IMG/VR virus record: IMGVR_UViG_2681813004_000013
Coordinates: 1-10,226 of that record
Strand: one strand, 5' to 3'
Origin: a virus
Lineage: Duplodnaviria; Heunggongvirae; Uroviricota; Caudoviricetes
Length of the DNA: 10,226 bases
The translations under genes and the position numbers were made by a program. The notes below the pieces were generated by a model that was not told where the DNA came from, searched no databases, and saw nothing but the letters and a program-made list of their open reading frames with translations. Positions 6,606 through 10,226 of this stretch are shown one piece after another (position 1 is the stretch's first letter; each line of letters opens with the position of its first letter).

Positions 6606-6890
6606 TTACCTCCAGAGCCGTTGCTGGAATGTGCGGGACGGACGCGGTGGGCGTTCGGAGTAAGGAAGCCTGACGGAGATTATCCAGTGACGATAATCGA
6701 GGCTGAGGGCTTCCCTAAACTCATACCCACGCCTGCGGTAGTTCTGAATCAGCCATTCGGCCTGTTCTTCAGTGCATGGGTCATGCTGATACCAGTCATA
6801 TTTGAATGTGTGAGAACGCCGCCCGTGCCTACTGGCAAAGACGGCTGAATTATCAGAATTGTTAATTTTTTTGTAATGCACCACTACCAT
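6606..6890 (-). CDS. Hypothetical 94-aa protein
   Basis: ORF whose stop lies 1 nt from the DUF968 GTG start, suggesting translational coupling. A palindromic TATAAT (6935-6940) lies upstream. The SD is poor (GAGG directly abutting the ATG), so the true start is uncertain. No family recognised. Confidence 0.4.
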   Translation of the reverse strand: MVVVHYKKINNSDNSAVFASRHGRRSHTFKYDWYQHDPCTEEQAEWLIQNYRRRGYEFREALSLDYRHWIISVRLPYSERPPRPSRTFQQRLWR

Positions 6891-6950
6891 CCTCGTAATG
6901 GTGCGACAGACGCCAGTTGTTCAGGCTGGCTTTAACTATAGCATTATAAT

Positions 6951-7118
6951 CTAGTCTTTCTTAATGCTGAAGTGACTGACCGAATCCGCATGCGATTCTT
7001 TGGTGATCAGAATAACATCGGGTGGCAATGGCATTACGATAAATTCACCATTCTCAAGAACTATTACTTCATAATTACCAGATACAGAAAGCGCAGCAAT
7101 TAATTCCTTATCATTCAT
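6951..7118 (-). CDS. Possible small protein (55 aa), not in the ORF track
   Basis: Hand translation gives MNDKELIAALSVSGNYEVIVLENGEFIVMPLPPDVILITKESHADSVSHFSIKKD. Protein-like composition, but only a weak SD (AGGG about 9 nt upstream). Confidence 0.3.
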   Translation of the reverse strand: MNDKELIAALSVSGNYEVIVLENGEFIVMPLPPDVILITKESHADSVSHFSIKKD

Positions 7119-7236
7119 AACAAAACCCTATGAACTTTTAACATTTCCCCTTAAGGGGTCCATCCCTCTTCTCCCTGCGCGCTACTTAAGTATTTTTGAT
7201 TCTATTCCGGCACCTTCAAAAAGCTCAAACGTCTTG

Positions 7237-7270
7237 AAAATAAACAACAAAAAACCCGCCGAAGCGGGTT
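7237..7270 (-). terminator. Rho-independent terminator of the hok transcript
   Basis: Minus-strand RNA AACCCGC-UUCG-GCGGGUU (UUCG tetraloop) followed by UUUUGUUGUUUAUUUU. About 70 nt downstream of the hok stop. Confidence 0.75.
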
Positions 7271-7338
7271 AAGTGCGGGTGCGTTGAGGATGCCTGACAC
7301 ATCAGAGGTGGCGAGGGATTTCTCCCCCGCCGGGTCTC

Positions 7339-7494
7339 TTACTCCTCAGGTTCGTAAGCTGTGAAGACAGCGACCTCCGTCTGGCCGGTTCGGATTCGTA
7401 CCTCGCAGAGGTCTTTCCTCGTTACCAGTGCCGTCACTATGACGGTTAAACAGATGACGATCAGGGCGATTAACATCGCCTTTTGCTGCTTCAT
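7339..7494 (-). CDS. Hok-family type I toxin (membrane-depolarising peptide), HokD/Gef-like
   Basis: Hand translation gives MKQQKAMLIALIVICLTVIVTALVTRKDLCEVRIRTGQTEVAVFTAYEPEE (51 aa), which carries the canonical Hok signature (TM helix, then TRK-LCE-R-G--EVAAF-AYE). AAGGAG SD upstream. Not in the ORF track because it is shorter than 60 aa. Confidence 0.85.
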   Translation of the reverse strand: MKQQKAMLIALIVICLTVIVTALVTRKDLCEVRIRTGQTEVAVFTAYEPEE

Positions 7495-7614
7495 AGCCTG
7501 CTTCTCCTTGACCTTTCGGTCCGTAAGAGGCTAATCTCTATGTGTCGCATAGATATGGCCTCAGATTAATGTTAAGCGTCTTGCCGGACGCGTAATGTTA
7601 ACTGGGGCTTTTCT

Positions 7615-7650
7615 CTGTCTGCCTTACGGCGGCATGCCCGAGGCAGACAG
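7615..7650 (-). promoter_or_regulatory. Long stem-loop in the presumed hok mRNA leader (9-bp stem, 18-nt loop containing the palindrome GGCATGCC)
   Basis: ctgtctgcc (7615-7623) pairs with ggcagacag (7642-7650). No U-run follows on either strand, so it is not a terminator. It lies in the region where hok-family loci carry mok/sok/fbi-type RNA elements. Confidence 0.35.
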
Positions 7651-7711
7651 CCTCAAGCACCCGCAGCAATTCTACTTAACTCTCGCTTTACAGCAAACCG
7701 TTTTTGCCCGA

Positions 7712-7727
7712 TATGGGAATTCCCATA
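7712..7727. repeat. Perfect 16-bp palindrome TATGGGAATTCCCATA
   Basis: Exact dyad centred on GAATTC, in the intergenic space between the stop of the 34-aa peptide gene (7738) and the hok leader. A candidate operator or RNA hairpin. Confidence 0.7.
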
Positions 7728-7737
7728 CGGAATGAAT

Positions 7738-7842
7738 TCAGTTCCCCAGGCGATCCATCAAAAACACAACCAGGCAGTAAACACCCACAACAGCAATAAC
7801 AGCCAGAGCGCCTTCCATTACCAGTGAAATATCATCCGACAT
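7738..7842 (-). CDS. Small hydrophobic peptide (34 aa, single predicted TM helix)
   Basis: Hand translation gives MSDDISLVMEGALAVIAVVGVYCLVVFLMDRLGN. The ATG is preceded by a very strong SD, AAGGGAGGG, with a 4-nt spacer. A promoter-like TTGCTA…TAGTAT/TATATG lies upstream (minus strand, about 7880-7910). Confidence 0.5.
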   Translation of the reverse strand: MSDDISLVMEGALAVIAVVGVYCLVVFLMDRLGN

Positions 7843-7951
7843 ATTCCCTCCCTTGGTGTGAATTCCGGCGAACGTTTTTACCCCCACCGACAAATAACAT
7901 ATACTAGAAAAGCAATAGCTATAGCAACGCCTGCAAATGCATCGGGCCGGC

Positions 7952-8785
7952 TCATTGGTGCGCCCCCTGTATCGCTTCTACTGCGATCTGACTGGCGTAT
8001 TTGTTAATGGTAACGATAAGTTCTTGCTCGGCCTCATCCAGACAACCACCGATACCTCGCCTGTCACCTTCAGAAGCATCGAAATCTGCACGAACCCTGG
8101 CGACCTTCAGGATTGCGGACAACACCTCATCAGGGATTGCCGGAGAGTTGGTTGACGTTTCCGAGGTTATCCGAAAATTATTGGTTGACGAATTCTTATT
8201 TTCCCGAAAGTTTTCGGCATGAAGCATGGCGGTGTTATACCCATCCGCGAAAATCTCTGCTTCTTCGTTATTCAGTTCGGCACCAAGTTTAAGCGCAATA
8301 GCTTTTGCCATTGAGGCGGTAATTTGATGGCATGGCTGACGTCCATGAAGCATGGCGTCGCTCCGCTCTATGCCATCCAGCGCAATTCGAAGCGCATGAA
8401 TTGTAGTAATGCTATCGTTTGGGGTTATTCCGTATCGTTCGAATACAGCGATATGGTTGCGCATAATCGCAGGTGTAAGCTCTTTGTAAGCAAGAGCAAG
8501 AGGTCCAGATACATCGTTCAGCACTACCGTCATCGGTGAGGCGGCGTAGACTTCAATAATCCCAGTATCAATAGGCCATTCCCCATCCTTGATATAGTAA
8601 CTTGTTCCGTCAACTTGCTGTTCTACAATGTGGAAAGCACCTATTGGTTCTGCTTCCAGCGATGCCAGTGCAATTTTGAATAACTCGCCCTCTACCCGTG
8701 CCATCCCTGAATTGGGGTAGCATTTCGCAATCGCTATTTTTAATTTGGCTTCTTCGATTAATTTCTCTTTGGTTAATTCAGTCAC
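7952..8785 (-). CDS. Hypothetical 277-aa protein of unknown function (two predicted domains joined by a Ser/Thr/Asn-rich linker)
   Basis: Long ORF with protein-like composition. The only in-frame start at the 5' end is GTG at 8785, served by a hairpin-bridged AGGAGG. The linker is NSSTNNFRITSETSTNSPAIP. No family recognised from the sequence. Confidence 0.6.
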   Translation of the reverse strand: MTELTKEKLIEEAKLKIAIAKCYPNSGMARVEGELFKIALASLEAEPIGAFHIVEQQVDGTSYYIKDGEWPIDTGIIEVYAASPMTVVLNDVSGPLALAYKELTPAIMRNHIAVFERYGITPNDSITTIHALRIALDGIERSDAMLHGRQPCHQITASMAKAIALKLGAELNNEEAEIFADGYNTAMLHAENFRENKNSSTNNFRITSETSTNSPAIPDEVLSAILKVARVRADFDASEGDRRGIGGCLDEAEQELIVTINKYASQIAVEAIQGAHQ

Positions 8786-8816
8786 TTTTCATTACCGCCC
8801 TTTCGGGCGGCCTCCT
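8783..8816 (-). promoter_or_regulatory. Structured translation-initiation region: AGGAGG, 16-nt GNRA-type hairpin, then GTG start
   Basis: Minus-strand RNA AGGAGG-CCGCCC-GAAA-GGGCGG-UAAUGAAAA-GUG. The linear SD-to-start distance is 25 nt, reduced to about 9 nt if the 6-bp GC hairpin forms. Confidence 0.4.
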
Positions 8817-8820
8817 GACA

Positions 8821-9033
8821 TTAATCGTTGTGATAACTCATAGCTTCATTTGCAGCATCAACTGGATCAACATCCCACCAGCAATAATTTGGGTCGACAC
8901 CTTCAGGTGTCCACGGCTCTAATTCATTTTTTGCTACATTCTCGTCACCAGTAATTTTAAAAATCTGCTCAGAGAATTTTTTTACCCACTCGTTATATTT
9001 TTCCGCGTTAATGGTTTTCTGTGTATTTAACAT
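8821..9033 (-). CDS. Hypothetical 70-aa acidic protein
   Basis: ATG at 9033 with GGAGG SD and a 7-nt spacer. Translation MLNTQKTINAEKYNEWVKKFSEQIFKITGDENVAKNELEPWTPEGVDPNYCWWDVDPVDAANEAMSYHND. AT-rich relative to its neighbours. No family recognised. Confidence 0.55.
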   Translation of the reverse strand: MLNTQKTINAEKYNEWVKKFSEQIFKITGDENVAKNELEPWTPEGVDPNYCWWDVDPVDAANEAMSYHND

Positions 9034-9078
9034 AGATATACCTCCGGTTAAGGATTAAATTTTATTTACAGTGCTGAT

Positions 9079-9438
9079 TTAATATTCAGTTCTGGCTTTT
9101 GTTGCCCTGCGTATCCGCGCTTTCGCGTTACGCTCAATCTGAATTAGCTTTTCTATATTTTTTCGCCTTTCCTGTTCCTCCTGGCGCAATAGCCTTACAT
9201 CATCTGCCAGTCTGGTTTCTCTTTTAGCCACAGAGAGCATCCAGTCAAACGGCTCCACAACTGCACCACAGATTTTGCAGCGGACCTGACGCTCTTTTTC
9301 GTCAACCCGGACAGAAGCGTGATGGCAGTATGGTCTTTCCGATGGCTCATAAAGAAAATTAACCTGATTACGTGGGTCATCCTCTTTTACCGGAAATAAA
9401 ACGATATTGCTTAACTCATCTTCTGGTTTTATTTCCAT
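9079..9438 (-). CDS. Hypothetical 119-aa protein with a Cys/His cluster (putative zinc ribbon) and a basic coiled-coil C-terminus
   Basis: Preferred start is ATG at 9438, preceded by AAAGGAGAGGAG; the track's TTG at 9489 has no SD. Contains YCHH…(15)…CKIC, then a Lys/Arg/Glu-rich helical tail. Confidence 0.55.
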   Translation of the reverse strand: MEIKPEDELSNIVLFPVKEDDPRNQVNFLYEPSERPYCHHASVRVDEKERQVRCKICGAVVEPFDWMLSVAKRETRLADDVRLLRQEEQERRKNIEKLIQIERNAKARIRRATKARTEY

Positions 9439-9495
9439 GCTCCTCTCCTTTGATGCGAATGCCAGCGATAATTGAAGCCTGATAGCCAATTTTAC

Positions 9496-9915
9496 TCACA
9501 GCCCCCCCTGATAATTTCCCTGATAAAACGCCAGCACTCGCTGCATAACTTCGCTCTTCCGGCACTCGCGACAGATTATATTCAGGCGCCTGTCGTAGCG
9601 ACGTATTTCTCCGTCTGGTAATGACCATATAAGGTCAGGATCAACCACAACCGGTTTCTTCAGCTTTGCCCTCGATAATTTTTTGCGGGCGTTTTGCCAG
9701 TCCTTACGAGCCTGTTCAGAGGGGAATAATCCGTAGCCTGAATTGTAAACATCACCACTGGCGACCAGTTCTCTGGCGAGAGTGCTTATGTAATACCTTG
9801 ATGCACCGGTTTTAGCCTCCAGAGCCCGTAACGTCTCGCGACCGCTCAGACGTACAAGTTCAATAACCTGCCCTTTAATTTTTTCTCGCTCTTCTTGTGT
9901 AAAAACTTTTGCCAC
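9496..9915 (-). CDS. Hypothetical 139-aa protein with probable helix-turn-helix
   Basis: GTG start with AGGAGG SD and a 4-nt spacer. The segment RETLRALEAKTGASRYYISTLAREL is HTH-like. A C-terminal CRECRK motif is present. Confidence 0.5.
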   Translation of the reverse strand: MAKVFTQEEREKIKGQVIELVRLSGRETLRALEAKTGASRYYISTLARELVASGDVYNSGYGLFPSEQARKDWQNARKKLSRAKLKKPVVVDPDLIWSLPDGEIRRYDRRLNIICRECRKSEVMQRVLAFYQGNYQGGL

Positions 9916-9955
9916 AAGTCCTCCTGAAAATTACCTCGTGACCTGAAATAAACAC

Positions 9956-10226
9956 TTACCCCCTGAAGCCCGGTGGAATTTCGGTATCCGGTTCAGAAAT
10001 ATGATTCACACAACGCTGGTTGTTCGTGCCGCTTACCGGGAGCAACCAGGGGTTTTCAAAATTTCGGTCCGGTCCAAAAAACGTCGTCGCTCGCTGAACA
10101 AATTCCGTTCCAGTTTTCCCGGTAACCGCCAGATATCTTGCGTAACGCCTCACGCCATCCAGCATGGCCTCTGGTGGCACCCCCTCGCGTAATCTGGCCT
10201 TCCAGGCACTGAAAGCGGATTTCTTC
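9956..10226 (-). CDS. 3' end of an early-region gene of unknown function (the start lies beyond the window end)
   Basis: The minus-strand frame is open from the window edge to the TAA at 9956-9958. The track's Met at 10180 is an internal GTG codon. The translation …AFSAWKARLREGVPPEAMLDGVRRYARYLAVTGKTGTEFVQRATTFFGPDRNFENPWLLP… is protein-like. Confidence 0.45.
   Translation of the reverse strand, partial: KKSAFSAWKARLREGVPPEAMLDGVRRYARYLAVTGKTGTEFVQRATTFFGPDRNFENPWLLPVSGTNNQRCVNHISEPDTEIPPGFRG

Noticed and set aside
7494-7951. RelE/RelB genes upstream of hok, as in the relBEF operon
   Set aside because: Hand translation of the region upstream of hok in all minus frames shows no RelE-like or RelB-like ORF. 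Only a 34-aa TM peptide and regulatory-looking DNA are present.
9195-9628. Minus ORFs 9195-9380 and 9416-9628
   Set aside because: They are alternative frames overlapping the 119-aa and 139-aa genes. They lack SDs and look like frame artefacts.
10001-10192. Plus-strand 63-aa ORF at the window end
   Set aside because: It is antisense to a longer minus-strand frame that stays open to the window edge and has a more protein-like translation.

Overview
The window reads as one contiguous piece of a lambdoid enterobacterial prophage (gene order resembles the E. coli Qin/DLP12 type), with nearly every gene on the minus strand. Reading the minus strand from high to low coordinates: a partial early-region gene (10226-9956); four nin-region genes of unknown function (a 139-aa HTH protein, a 119-aa zinc-ribbon protein, a 70-aa acidic protein and a 277-aa protein); a 34-aa single-TM peptide with a very strong SD; a Hok-family type I toxin with its terminator; a possible 55-aa ORF; a 94-aa hypothetical; a DUF968 protein with an HNH-like C-terminus; RusA; antiterminator Q; and a late promoter (pR'-like) with a short-leader terminator (tR'-like). 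Between Q and the lysis genes lies a roughly 2.2 kb moron island: an ORF6N-type antirepressor-like gene containing tandem 30-bp repeats, a small winged-helix gene, and an AppY-like AraC-family regulator, each followed by its own intrinsic terminator. Next come three tightly packed tRNAs (Ile/Met-CAU, one atypical, Thr-UGU), a DNA methyltransferase that appears to lack its N-terminal DPPY region, and a lysis cassette (S21-type pinholin with dual start, YdfR-like protein, SAR endolysin running off the window start). The lysis cassette is interrupted by a plus-strand 90-aa moron ORF with its own SD and terminator. The best candidates for undescribed biology are the unassignable gene set next to hok (7738-9033), the antisense moron inside the lysis cassette (339-682) and the regulatory moron island (2447-4346). 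All protein assignments come from reading the translations and from recalled family signatures; no database search was run.
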